From Octopus vulgaris (lineage: Eukaryota), in the NCBI GenBank assembly GCA_951406725.2, contig OX597817.1, positions 40,548,001 through 40,612,000 on the forward strand: a stretch of DNA of 64,000 nt, written 5' to 3'. Shown here in pieces: positions 12,001 through 26,423 of the stretch. Positions within the stretch are counted from its first letter, which is position 1. Every line of letters begins with the position of its first letter. A program made the position numbers and the translations under genes. The notes beneath the pieces are model-generated. The model worked only from the letters and a program-made list of their open reading frames with translations, was not told the DNA's origin and made no database searches.

Positions 12001-15000
12001 GTAGCCACAACCGCTACATGACATGTGTTCAACTGGCTCTGCAATTGTCTCCTCAACCTCATTGTTACAGATCTACTACTATTGTGTACTTTACTATGAA
12101 CTGGTATTTATCTTTACCTTGTGTCTGAACATTCATCTAGCATCCTATTGTTGACACTTTCTATACTCTGTATTTTATCTCACACGCATACACCCTTGTT
12201 TGTACACACCTACACATTATGTATGCTTCACGGCCTGTCTATTATTATTATTGCTCTTATTATATATGTACTTATAACGCACACACACTTTGCTACCCAC
12301 ATGTTAACATCTAAATAAAACCTCTCTCTTAACATTTACGGTTGTGTCGTCTTTCATTTCATTCTGGTACTCATATTCATTTATCCATATTTTGGTTTTT
12401 ATTGTAAGGCGACCATGCGGTGTTTAAAGGAGTCATTCATACGTCACCTTTCCTTTCACATGTCGGTTCCACAGGACATTTTTTGGCAAAAAAAAAATGT
12501 GCAAGTTATATGCCATTAACCCTTTAGCATTCAGATTACTCTGTCAAATGTAATGCTTGTTCATTCATTTTAAATCAATCATGCATTATCTTGTAGTTTC
12601 AAGTTTTCGAGCATGTGACTGCATATTTTAAGAATAACATTGTCATGATGCTGGTAGAATACTTAGACCAGATATGGCTGGTTTAAATATGGTAGGTTCT
12701 AAACACGAACTTAATAAATGACAAAGTTATTTCACTTATATTCTTCATTAACTGAGACACAGGTAGTGTATTTCAAGAGAAATATGGCAACAAAACTGTT
12801 AACGAAAAGCTCTGATTACCTCTTGACTTAGCTTCTATTCTGGATTTTGATGATCCGGTTAAAGATTTTTTTGATGTGTCCACTTTTCCTTCAGTTTCAA
12901 ATTTTTCAAATTGCTTGTAGAATTTTCTTTGAATGTTGGAGTGATAAACATTTTGTCTGGATTTCTGGTAATGAACGATAATTTTATTGAAATGTAAGAA
13001 TTTGCTTTTAAATAACAAAATTATATCATTGGTTTAAATTCACCATTCATTCAAACAGTATCATTTGTTTGTTGTCCTCTGAAAAAACATATTTGGTCTG
13101 TTCATTGTTTGATAGACTGGGGAATTATTAACTTGCTTGGAAACAGGTGAGGGTTGGCATCAGGAAGAGCTTCCAGCTATAAAAAATTCTCCCTCAATGA
13201 AGTCTCACCTGACTCATGCAAACATGGAAAAATAGATGTTAAAACAATGATGGCTTTATATAACACACACTGAAAAGTGATTGGCATTACAAATGTCAAT
13301 GCTAACATCGATGCCCAATGCAGTCCTGTTGCTTGTTAGATCTTATCAAACTATCCAACCCATATTAGCATGGAAAATGGATATCAAAGGAAGATGATGA
13401 TTGTATGTGTGTGTGTTATTTTTTACACAGCTTGAAATTTATGCAATCACCAGATTGTCAGTTCATCAGCTTGTGTAGCATTTTATTTTACTTTATCGCT
13501 CATCTAAACTATTCCGAATGCAATGTTCTATTCATCCATATAAAAACAACTTAACAGCCCCCTATCATGAAAGAGCAATCATTTTCTCTCAAGGTAATCC
13601 TGCCCAGCCAAATAAAAAAAATCAATTGTGCACAATGGAAGTAGTATTAGATTAAAATAGCCAACTATGTATCATACTTAATGCAAATACATTGTATAAA
13701 AGCAGATTAGCAGCAGTATTCATCTGGAGATAATACATCTCATGGACATACTATATTTTTAAACAAATTTTATCAGTAGCAGATTAAAATCATCCAGCTG
13801 TGGCAGGGAGAATGCTAGACATGCATTTCAGCCTCATTGGGTTTTGTCAATAGAGTGTACCCATTGCCAATTGTATCTAAAGAGGAATGTTTGTATTTAC
13901 AGAGATGTACTTGCATAGCAAGTGACCTGATCTGAGATCGTGTTCTGGAATGAAAACAATTGCAGCGTGGAAGGTGTTTATAAGCCATTTAAGAAACACA
14001 AAAACCGTTAGATTCACTTCAACATTTAAATTTAATTTGTCAAAATATTTTCGTCGCTTTGAGACCGTGACCTGTTCACTGACAAAATTCCATGATGCAG
14101 TATGGAATTTTGTCAGGGAACAGGTCGCAGTTTCAAAGCGCCGAAAATATTTTGACAAATTAAATTTAAATGTTGAAATGAATCTAATGGTTTTTGTGTG
14201 CTTCTTAAATGGCTTATAAACACCTTCCACGCTGCAAATGTTTGTATTCTTTGGGGTTTAGTAAAGACTGCTCTTTTCTATGTTCTTTGTCAGAGAATAA
14301 AAATAAAATTTGGAAGTAAGTAGCCTAAAATATCTCATACAAAGCAGGGTGTTATTTCTGTATAAGGATGGAACGGAAGTAAAGATTAAAAATATCAGTA
14401 AACATTAATTACTCCAGTCTGATTTCCAGTTGGTAAAATGCTTTCTGTATTGTCAAGTCTGCTCCAGTTTGCCGAAAGGTTCTGGTGAAGTTTCTTTCCA
14501 GTCAGCGAAGTCGACCTTCGTATTGGTGGGTGGTGATATTGTTCCTGCAGTTATGAAATCAAAATAGAAGAGAATAAATAAAGAACAATGCTAATTATTT
14601 TAGCAAGGTTGTGCTTTGTTTCTTGCTAAAAAAATGAATTTTAATTAGTGACCCTGAGAAAAGAATAATGCAATAAAAATTATTTGATAGATAAAACATT
14701 AATACACATACACACCTATATGTGTATGCGTGTGCACACACCATCTGAATATCGGAAAAAATTTCCTGATCTCGATGATGATTTGCCCCAGGTATCTGCT
14801 GGGACAAATCATCATGACTGTTGTTCAATACTCTTTGGACACTGTAAAGGCTGTAAGATGTGCAATGAAGACCACAAAGTTGTGGCCAGCAGGAAGGACA
14901 TAGCAGGTATTCTGACTGTCTCCAGAATTCTTTCCCACATTTTTGAACAGTGCCTTAGGACCAATTCAGATGGCTACAGGAAGCTGCTGGAGACTGTAGA

Positions 15001-15184
15001 CAATCCCTGGCTGGGAAAGTTTACTGCTGCAGGGCTACATGTGTGGCAGTAAGATTCAGACTCCTTGCCAAATCCCTGGAAAGTGGTTGTTGGAGAATTT
15101 CTGTACCTTCGTCAGCCCTAATTTCTGGCCTCCTAATTCCCCCAATTATTATCCCAAGGATGCCTTTTGTGTTTGCTTTATATA

Positions 15185-15245
<61 letters not shown>

Positions 15246-18200
15246 TAATAGAAATGGTAAGACAACAAAAGAATGAAAGAGACCTCGATATTATGTAAAT
15301 AGAGGAATTTATCTGTAAATATAATGTGACAATTATTTGATAGTCATGATAAAACTCCAAGTTTCAGATGCTAGGGTGGAAATCCACACCACCATCTCTT
15401 CAGTTATCCAGCCATTAGATAGCATTTTTTCTGATGGCCGGATAACTGAAGAGATGGCGGTGTGGATTTCCACCCCAGCATCTGAAACTTGGAGTTTTAT
15501 CATGGCTACCGAATAAGTATCACATATTACATTTACAGATATATATATACACACACACACACACATATACAGAGTAATCTCTCGCCATATCGCAGTTTAT
15601 TATTTAAGCTTACGTTGCATTCTCCATGGTGTTGTTTTGCATTTATAATGAAATAAATATATGCAAATTATAAACAATAATTAAAAAATATACAGTACAG
15701 TACTGTTTCTACTTCATGGATTTTCCCCTATTGCAGGGGTTTTGGGAATGTAACCCGTGCAAGGGATCACTGTATAGTGTACTGAGTATTTATGGACACA
15801 GCTTTAGCAGAACTGGAAATGACCTAATGTGACTTGGAATGTGCCAAATTTTAACATTCTTATTTCACTTTCAGATTCAAATCTGACACGAAAAAACAAA
15901 TGCCACATCATACCCATGCTTCTAGCTACCAATCATAGTGAGTTGGAGATTGCCAGCTTCTTGAACATGACCTGTCCTTTGTGTTTAGAATAGGGAAAAA
16001 ACAGAAGACGTCTAGCAGAGATGAACCTCTGGTCAAGAGACAGGAACATTCTCTGCAGTCAGATGTCATCAACATAGCCAAATCCAGCAGGTTAAGACAT
16101 TCTCAATGACTTGAGTAGGTTGATAAGGGATATTACCAAACAGCTTATGATGGTGGAGTCCACTGATAAATATGTGGTGCATGAGGAATTCAGATATAAA
16201 CCCTATCTGATGAATATATCACAGCTCATAAACTGTAAGGCTTGAGAGAACTATGTGATCTAGCTGAAGTGTTTGCTGAACACACTAACACCCTGAGAAA
16301 GTCATCTTGCTCTGGTTCTTTACTGACAAGAAGCATATCAACAAAGACTTGGTGAACTAGAAGAGAGATTGAGAGACCTATGGAGGTGCTTGCAGTGATC
16401 CACACCATGTCACCATTGTCTTTGATAGTCCTGAGCTTCAAGAACAATTAGGACAATGTTGTGCTATTTTACTTCATGCTGGTAGCAGGATCAATGTCTC
16501 TGGCTGCACTGAGCTCTAGACATGGTTGGTGAAAACCCTTAATGATGGAGGTGACTCACATGGGGCAACATGTGTTGATACAAGACTCACCTTTCTCTAT
16601 ATAGCTCTGATGATCTAGGAGTGAACGGCTGTTAATTTTCACAATCATCTGAACACTCCTCTCCTGCAAGAATATGTGACATCCAAGTGCCCCCACCCCA
16701 CCCCCACATCAGGGGTATTGTCAAGGGGGTAGATGTCAGCGATCCAATGCCAAGGGCTTATTGGAAGCTATTGTCATGAACATGTGTGTGTGTGTGAGGG
16801 TGAGGGACATGGAGGTGGGTTAGTTCACCTGATCCTAACATGGATCTGCAAGGCCTACTTCTCAATGACAGCTATGACAATGATCTAGTGAAATTTCCAC
16901 TACAAGCAACACACATAGTGTACAAGTTCATTGTCCACCACACATTAATTATACTGAGATTATACAGCCAGGCTGTCTCTACCAACTCTACTTGACATAT
17001 ATTATTTTCAGTCGTCTCACTAAAGTGATTTATAAATCCTTTCACAACCAACCAATTTAAATATCAAATTTCTTTCTGTATAACATTATGGTCAATACAT
17101 ACTAACAAGTTGAGACAAATCTCAACAGCTGAGTCAAAGTGAGGTAAAAATAATAAGTTTGATTAAATATACTGATGCAAGAGGTTACCAGACAAAGACA
17201 GAAATTTTTTACCCTTAAAAACATTCAAGATGCATTTGGAAATATTCCAGTACTCCAACAACTTTGATGAATTAAGCTCTTTATAAAAACAACCTCCAGT
17301 TAATTAACATAAATTGATGAATTATAGTGTGGCTGATAGAATGTTAGGATATGTAAATTATTGGACCATCAGTGTTATGTGACAAATGTATCAAGTTATT
17401 ACTGTTACAGCCATTATTTAGCATAACAATGACTATATACAGCATGTACAAAGGTTTGGCTGTGTTGTTAAGAAGCACACTTTGCAGCCACATAGTTTGG
17501 GGTTCAGTCCCATTATACAGCACCTTGAGCAATTGTCAGCTATTAGTCCCAGACTGACCAATGCCTTGTGAATGAATTTAGTGCCACATAAAAAGCACTA
17601 CTCACCTTGCCTGTGCTACATAAAAAGCAATAAGTCCACTCTGCTGAGTGGTTGGTGTTAGGAAGGGCATCCAGCTGTAAAAATCTTGTCAAAACAGTCA
17701 CAGAAGTCTGGTGCAGACTTCGGCCTGGTCAGCTTTTGTGGTACCATCCCACCCATGTTAGCATGGAACACAGACATTAAATAATGATGAAACTGTGAAA
17801 GTGTGTGTGTGTTGTGTGTATCCTACACATACCTTACCACCACCACCACCATCACTTGACAGTCACTGTTAGTTTGTTTCCATCCTCATAACTAAATGGT
17901 TTGGTAGAGACCAATTGACCTCAAAAAAAAAAAAAAGAACTGGGTTGATTTATTTGACTAAATGGACATTAAACATGTCTCTGATAGTCCTGAGGTTCAA
18001 GAACGATTAGGACAATGCCATGCTATTTTACTTCATGCTGGCAGCAGGATCAATATTTCTGGCAGCACTAGACATGGTTGGTGAAAACCCTTAATGAAGA
18101 AGGTGACTCCAGCATGGCCACAGCCTAATGACTGAAACAAGTAAAAGATAATCATCATCATTGTTCGACCGTGGTCGAGACAATGCAATTTACCATGCTA

Positions 18201-21200
18201 CGCCAGACTTCACGGTCCATCATAGCATTACGGAGGTCCTGTTGCTGGATGCCTGTATCCCTGGAGATTACATCAGGGTAGGAGAGAGTGCGCCCTCTGG
18301 TATTGCGAGTAGATGGCTTCCAGAGGAGAAGAGTAGAAATTGCCTCGTTTTCAGCTCTACAACAATGTCCAGCAAACTGGACTCTCCTACCTTTCACAAG
18401 AGATGACACAGGTGGTAGTTTCCCATATATTTGCATTTTGGTTGGATGACGCTTCTACGAGAGATTTTGAGCTCTCATAAGGAGAGTAAAAGATAAAAGA
18501 TGTAAACATAACAAACCGTTTAATTTGCAGTGACTGATAAATAATATTTTTGATATCTGAAAAGACACTTCGGTCTCCAAGTTAACAAGGAATTTTAAAA
18601 AGAGATTTTCTATCAATTCTACTATGTCAGTTTCATAAAAACAGATATTTTGTGCTTATTCTATCAGTCTCTCTTGGGGATGTAAACACACCAGCACTGG
18701 TTGTCAAGTGATGTTGGAGGGAGTGGGGGGCGACTAACACAGACATACATATACATATATACGACGGGCTTCTTTCAGTTTCCGTCTACCAAATCGACTC
18801 ACAAGGCTTTGGTCGGCCCGAGGTTATAGTAGAAGACACTTGCCGAAGGTGCCATGCAGTGGGACTGAAACCGGAACCATGTGGTTCGTAAGCAAGCTAC
18901 TTACCACACAGCCACTTCTACGCCTATGGAGTTGGTATTTTGTTTTTATTTTTTAAAAATACTTTTAATTTGGGTGAGATATTGTGTAACTTTTCCTTTT
19001 ATGTGAACTCTCAAATTTAGCCTGAACATCCTGTACTGGGTCATCCCATAAATAATGCAGTTTTTTTATACTTCTTTTATTTTTCAAAATGAAGATAAAG
19101 TTCTTTTTTAATCTAAAAATATACTCTCCTCCATTTTTATACAATGCTCTTCTATCTATCTGGTAGATTTGCAGGGCTCCTCTTCCAAAATTCACTTGTC
19201 TGTAATGAAAAATACTCCTTCGGTACTGTTATGTCTATCTACAGAATTCATATTTCTTCCATCCAAATGATTTTGAAGACTCTGGAATAAATCAGATGAA
19301 GCAATGTCCAGCGAATATTGTGGGAGGGGCATCACTTCCTATTCAAACTGTTCCAGCCTTTGGAATGTCATCCTCACTGTATGTGGCCGAGCATTATCTG
19401 ATGGAAGAACACCTTTTGCCTTGAAACCAAAGATGGTCGTTTTTTTCTTCTAGTGCTGACTTAAGCCACTCAAGCTGCTCACAGTAAATCTCCTTTGTTA
19501 TCATTTGGTTTGAGTTTAAAAGTTCAAAGTGGACCAAACCTTTCATATCCCACCAAACAGATAACAACACCTTACATGGATGAAGATCTTCTTTAGCCTG
19601 GGGTGCCGCTGTTTCTCCTTTCCCTACCTACTCTTTCTGGTGCTTCACATTTTTATAGAGAACCCATTTCTTATCACCAGTCACTATTTGGTTCAAAAAA
19701 GGTTCATTGGTGAGACGTGATAGCAAAGAAGAGCACTCATTCACTCTCTGCATGTGATTAGACTCAGAAAGTTTGTTAAGAACCCATTGACTGAATTTGC
19801 TGATTCAGAACCCATTGACTGAATGGCACACAGGTGTTGATGAATGGTTGAATGATGAAATCCAAGCTTCTCTGCTAGTTCCTCAACAGTTATGATGGGA
19901 TTTTGTTCCACCAGGGTTTGCAGGATGTCCTCATCAAGCTCTACAGATCTTCCAGGACAAGGCTCATCTTCTAGGCTGTAGTTTCTGGTTTAGAATTTCT
20001 GGAACCAGCATTGACACTGGCTTATGCTTATTGTCCAATCCCCATATATTGCATTAATATTCCTCGCACTTTCCATTGCATTGTTGCCTTTACTGAACTC
20101 ATAATGCCAAATATGCTCCTTTGTCACTTCCATAATAGCTTTGAAAAAATAACTGTTAAAATCGAAATGCACTCTTCAAAACTTGCACTAAGAATAAGGA
20201 CAAGGTAAAATTACTACCTGCCTTTATAGCAAGTTGATGCAGGCTGTTTATCCCATGCCCCTCAGACTTTTAGTTCATGCAATTGAAAAAACTGCATTAT
20301 TTATGGAACGACCAATACATTTAAAATGAGCTTAGTTTAATAATTAAGAATGCTTAAAACCAATAAGGAAGATTCTAAAACAATAGCTTGAATTTCTAGA
20401 AATAGCAGTTAAACCATCCTCAAACCATTCTTATCATTTTAGAGAAGGGCAAGATGCATTGGATAATGTTGTCCAAGATACACTATGAAAAGAGAGTAGG
20501 AGAGGAGCAAGCCTCCATCCAGTTGCTTGACCAACTCAAAATAGCAACCAAATATCCCTTAAATAACCACTACTATTAAAAAATAAAAAGAAAGAAAGAC
20601 ACATGATACAATGCAGTTCTAGATACAAAGTCACCAAAAAAGACATGATGTCAGAGCTAGAACAGCCTTTGATCATAGCTCTGTTCAATAAAAGCTGACA
20701 TGGAGCTAAATAACACTGGCAGTAGCATTCAAAATAATTTTTGCTTTACACAACAGGTGCTGGGTGAATACTATTTGCACTTTCTGTGTAGAAAATATTG
20801 ATTCATTTCCAGACTTCAACAAAATATCCTCACATTCACTAATCCTGTGCACAATGATTTTAGTTTCCAGCATTTATCTTTCATGCTCGCTAACAATGTT
20901 CTCTTTAATTATTAATGCTCTGCATATGCAAATATAACCTACTGATAGAAAAAAAAAGTTATCAGTAACCTTTTGATTGCATGTAAAGCTGCAAATATTG
21001 AGATAACCTTGTGTATTTTATAGCTACTCAAACTATTTTAGTATCAAGCCAACAAGGAAGCCTCTATGTAGCTGCTTGAGCCGCTAAAAATTATACCTTA
21101 GCATTTTAAAAAAGGAAAGGACACATCAGATACTATAGTCCTATACATCCCTAAAATATTAGATAGCCACAGCAAAAGTCATAGGGCGAATCAATTGTGG

Positions 21201-24200
21201 CTGATGAAGAGCAAAACAACAATTATATTGGTATTTTTAAAATAGGCACCATTACATTGTATAAAGAACCTTAATATTTTAATGCCTGTGAAGAGAAATG
21301 CCTGGCAGAAACTGCCAGATTTTGTTGCTTGGTTGAACAATACTTGACCCTTGGATGCCTTTATCAAAGCCTACTCTGTTACAACCACCAAAAAATCCAG
21401 TCCTTGTTCTAATGAGGTGATTTGTGTGATCCAATGACCCTGAGAGCTATGCTACCGGAGTGCAAGCTCCTGACAGAACCTCCCATGCTGGCCAAAGAAA
21501 TAAAGGTCACACTTAATGTGGACTATCTCTTCCTAGAGGTAAAAAATACTGTGTATAGGGTCAACACCCATATCTAGGGGAAAAAAATCCAAAACAAAAC
21601 AAAATTATAGATGCATTGCAAACAAATCAAAACCAACATGACATAAGAAAAGAAGGCCTTCCCTCAAGAAAATATAAGATGTGGTGCAGCAAGAAAGAGC
21701 AGGGATTGAGAACAGTGGAGAAAAGTTGTCAATGGCAAGGATGAAATAAGTAAACTGTTGCAAGTATTTGAGTCTGGTCTCTGGCTAATTCTCTCTCTTC
21801 CTCCCATAAGTTGTATTAGACCCTGAGAAAGATCAGAGTGTGGTTATTTCTTCTCTGACTCATTATCTTTTAACATGTATGTTCCATATTGCCATGGGTT
21901 CCATTAAGAATCCCAAAAAAGGATCAAATGGATAGTCATGCAGTATTATGTTCTGAGTTCAAATTCTGTCAAGGATGTCGCATTGCCTTTATAAAATTAA
22001 TATTAATCAGTTGATTAAATTTAAGGCTTTGTACAAATGTTAGAGTTCGTTATTTTAAAACCAATGAATCATTTACCTGTTTAAAACAAATGCATTCAAT
22101 TTCTTATGTGCAGATTTCTTTGTGCACTGAGTGAATAAATGTGTGTGCGCGCACGCGCACGCGTCCAGGCATGGCTGTATAGATAGTACAGAGTGCTCAT
22201 TGCAATTACATGGTTTCAAGTGTTCTGTCCTATTGCATGACACTCTGGGCAAGTATCTTTTCAACCAAGCCTTGCAAATGAAAACTGGTTGTCAGAAACT
22301 GTATGGAAGCCTATTATTTATGTGTGCAAACATCAACATTCTAACATTCTATAACTTTGTTTGTCACTATCTGAGCAAACGTGGTATGATGTTTACATTC
22401 GTTTTTGACATTACAGCTGGTCATTCTGCACTCTGAAGACAAATAGAAAAAAATTTCCCCCACTTAAAAAACAAGACTTATTTGAGGCAGCATTTTAACA
22501 GCCAGATGCAACACCTTGACACCATACTTTATCTTTTACCTTTTACTTGTTTCAGTCATTGGACTGCAGCCATATGGGACAACCCTTTGAAGAGTTTAGT
22601 TGAACAAATCGACCACAGTACTTTTCAAAGTGAGACACTTATTCCATTTAATCTCTTTTGCTGAACTGCTAAATTATGGGGACATATAAAAAAAAAACCA
22701 GCACTGCCTGTCAAATGGTAGTTGGGGGACAAACACAACACAAAGGCACATAGATATACATTATCATCATCATTTAATGTCCATCCTCCATGCTGGTATG
22801 GGTTGGATGGTTTTGACAGAAGCTGGCAAGCCAGAGAACTGCATCAGGCTTTGTCGCCTACTTTAGCATGGTTTCCACAGCTGGATGCCCTTCCTAATGC
22901 CAACCACTTTACAAAGTGTACTGGGTGCTTTAAATATGGTACTAGTGCTGGCTCATCACCAAATAACTTGCAAGACATAGGCCTCTCAGTTGGAAGAGGG
23001 ATTGATACTGGTAAGCAGGGTGGCTTTGTGCCAGTTGTGTGGTTAAAGCATAATAGAGGGATAGAGATGGGTGTCTTACTAGAGGAGATACTTCGTTATC
23101 CCAGTGTATACATATACATACATACACACGTACATATATATACATATAGGGTGCGATGGGTAAATAGTTGCCATTTTATATTTTTAATTTCGTGCATGTG
23201 CATTGCTTGTTTTTGATTTTGTCAACTACACAGTATAGGAGGGTCAGTTGGGCACCATCTGTGAGAAAAACAACAGCTTGATGCAATTCACTCTGCCAGA
23301 AACTTGGAAATGACATGCTGTACGGGTTAGCATTCACACTGGAAGCTCCAATATGCACATTTCAGAGTGTATGAGTGTCAATCTGAGGACAAGTACCGAG
23401 AGTGATAAAAATCAAACGCCTAGTCAACATCATGATGTTTGGAGTTATCACTAGTGATGGCGACGTTATGCCTCCATTCATCTTCCCATACAGCTTCAGA
23501 GTCAACATGGAGGCCTATATCAAGTACCTGGAAGCGGTAGTGCTGCCCTGGGTCAAGAGGGTGGTTGCCGGAATACCCTATGTCTGGTAACAGGACTCTG
23601 CATCATGCCACACAAGCAGGAGAACCCAGTCATGGCTGTCAGACAGTTTCTGCAACCACATCACCCCTAATATCTGGCCACTTAACTCGCCAGACTGCAA
23701 CTCCCTTAATTACTATGTGTGGGGCACAGTTGAGTGAGAGACCAACAAAACTCTTTGTAACACCAAAGATGAACTGAAGGCAAGGATTATGGCAGCATTC
23801 ATCAACTTAAACAAGGAGACTGTCCAAAAGAGTTGCAGGAGATTCTGAAGTCGTCTGGAGGCCATAGTTGAAGCCAATGACGATTTATTGAATAAATTTA
23901 CTCTTTAGTATTTCAAGATATTTTTATGTAATTTTGGTAAATATATATCAAAATGAGATGTCAGTGTTATTTTCATTTTTCTGTAATTTAGACAAACAGT
24001 TTATTCACTGCACTGTGTGTGTGCGTGTATATATATATATATAAACAGTAGGCTTCCTCACAGTTTTCCATCAACCAAATTTCACTCACAAGGTATTGGT
24101 TAGCCTGGGTCTATTGTAACAAAGATTTGCTTAAGGTGATGCACAGTGGGACTGAACCCAAAACCATGCAGTTGCAAAGGAAGCTTCTTAACCACACAAC

Positions 24201-26360
24201 CATGCCTGTGCCTACACATGAAAGAAAAGAGCAAAGTAACTATTGGTAGCAGGAAGGGCATTAGGCCATTCAAATGCCACCTCAAATCAGTCTCTCATTG
24301 AAACTATATTAGATGGGAGAAACAAACAGCTGCATAACGCTTAGATAGCACACTAGGTATAGTAATAGGTATAATAATGATATCACATTGTGCACTGAGA
24401 TCATTTTGCTATATTTATGATAATAAAATATTTAAAATATTTTCTGCATAGCTTCACCTCCATTAAACACTTTTTATCACACACCACTAAATATTTTCTC
24501 CAGAGCCTTTTAATTGCCACACTCTTAACGACAGTTTCTCAACCATCTTTCTATTAACATAAACTCTTTAAACATTTAGTGAAATATTCTTAAGTCATTT
24601 CTATGAAAATGTCAAAGTTTTTCCCTAGTGATTGAAAAGAGAAATGAAAACAAATTTTTTTTTCTAAAAGACTAAAATTTACATGGAAGATTTTTAAAAA
24701 ATATATTTTCCCATCAAAATACTTTTATTACTAAATGGCACAGTTGTGACTGGGTAGATAAGAAATTTGCTTTGCAACCACTCGGTTCTAGGTTTCAATC
24801 CTGAGTGGTATCAATAAATATTAAAATAATTATTTTTTACACCAACTGATTGTGTTTGTGTATACAGGTATAAATATCTAGAGAGAAACAAGAGTAATTC
24901 AATCATTTCAAAGAGATTGATGAAATGTGAAGCGGGCTTAGTACTTCTAAAATGTTGAAAGGCACACTCCTGGCATGATCACAGTCCAGTAACTGAAACT
25001 CCATAAAAAAAAAACCCCAAAGAATTGACAAGCTGCGTGTGTGTGTATATGCAATATTACCAACAGTTGGATCTCTCTCTCATTACATTCCCATTTATTG
25101 TCCTCCCTCTCTTTTTCTCTTCTCAGCTACCACTCATCCACACTGTACCATACTGCCTGTGAAATAAGGAATGACATTTCAGATATATCTGTATTCAATA
25201 CCACCAGCAAAAAATCTTCTGTACAGTTAGCCACCACTCTCTCACCACTATGTGTCTTGCCCTCTTTTACACACACCCAACTCCACAACCCTCTCCCTCT
25301 CCTCCAATCATCTTTATTACCCTCTTTCTCTTGTACTATGTCCTCACTACTTCCCTGTTGACATACATTAAACTTTCTTCCTCCATCACTTTACTTCCTC
25401 TCTTATTAAATTATCTGTTTTCTTTTCACATTTTCTTTCACTGTCACAACACCCATCCTGTGTTTCTATTCAAACAACATGCAGCAGCCAACACTGACTC
25501 TCTTTGATTACTCCCTATTTTATTACACTTTTGTCACACCATACCCTCTCCTTTTTCACCCTCTCATTCCAGTTTCCCTGTCATCATCCTCTCTTGTTGT
25601 CATGTTACCTGGAATTAACACTGACAACATTGAGAAGTGAGGATTCTTTGTCTTGCAGGACCCAAGTCAACCTCACTAGTACTACCAGTATCTCAATAAA
25701 ATATACATAGTAAAATGTGTTAAGTTGATGGCATTAAGGAAGAGGATCCAGCAGAAGAATTCATACCAGAATGAGGTGCACCAGTGAAACATGGTCCCTG
25801 ACTCACTCTAGAAGGCCATTAACTTCAAATAAAGACTCATGTTATGATGACTTGTTCAACAAATGTCAGCATGGAAAGTGTATATATATATATATATATA
25901 TATAGGGAGAATTCACGTAAAAAACAAAAGACGAAGACGGGTGGTGTAGAAAACAAACAGATGTATTAGTATAATGCTCGGGAATTGAAAGTCTTTTACG
26001 TTTCAAGCCTACGCTCTTCCACAGAAAGGAATATGGAAAGAAACAAGGAGAGAAAAAAATGTATGTAGTGGCTACCGATCTATCATGGTGACTGCCAGAC
26101 AGAAGGGTCAAATTAATAAATGCACCCTTTTAAAGCCTAGCCAGGCTCATGGGCCCGGTTTCTCGGTTTCAATGGTATATGTGTTCCCCAGCTGGACGGG
26201 ACGCCAGTCCATCACAGCGTTACTCATTTTTGCCAGCTGAGTAGACTGGAGTAACATGAAATAAAGTATTTTGCTCACGAACACAACGCGTCACCCTGTT
26301 CGGGAATTGAAATCACAATCTTACGATCATGATGCTGACACCCTAACCACTAAGCCACAC

Positions 26361-26423
<63 letters not shown>

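Noticed and set aside
11889-12460. Solo LTR (TG...CA ends, internal AATAAA)
   Set aside because: No matching TSD and no second copy in the window; unresolved without a library search.
21400-21500. RTE/BovB-like 5' end with a possible HDV-like ribozyme
   Set aside because: Resemblance only; too degenerate to fold the nested pseudoknot by eye.
20834-22432. Extra exon candidates at 22077-22126, about 20834-20900 and the acceptor at 22432
   Set aside because: Individual sites look plausible, but partner sites are weak or out of phase; RNA-seq would be needed.
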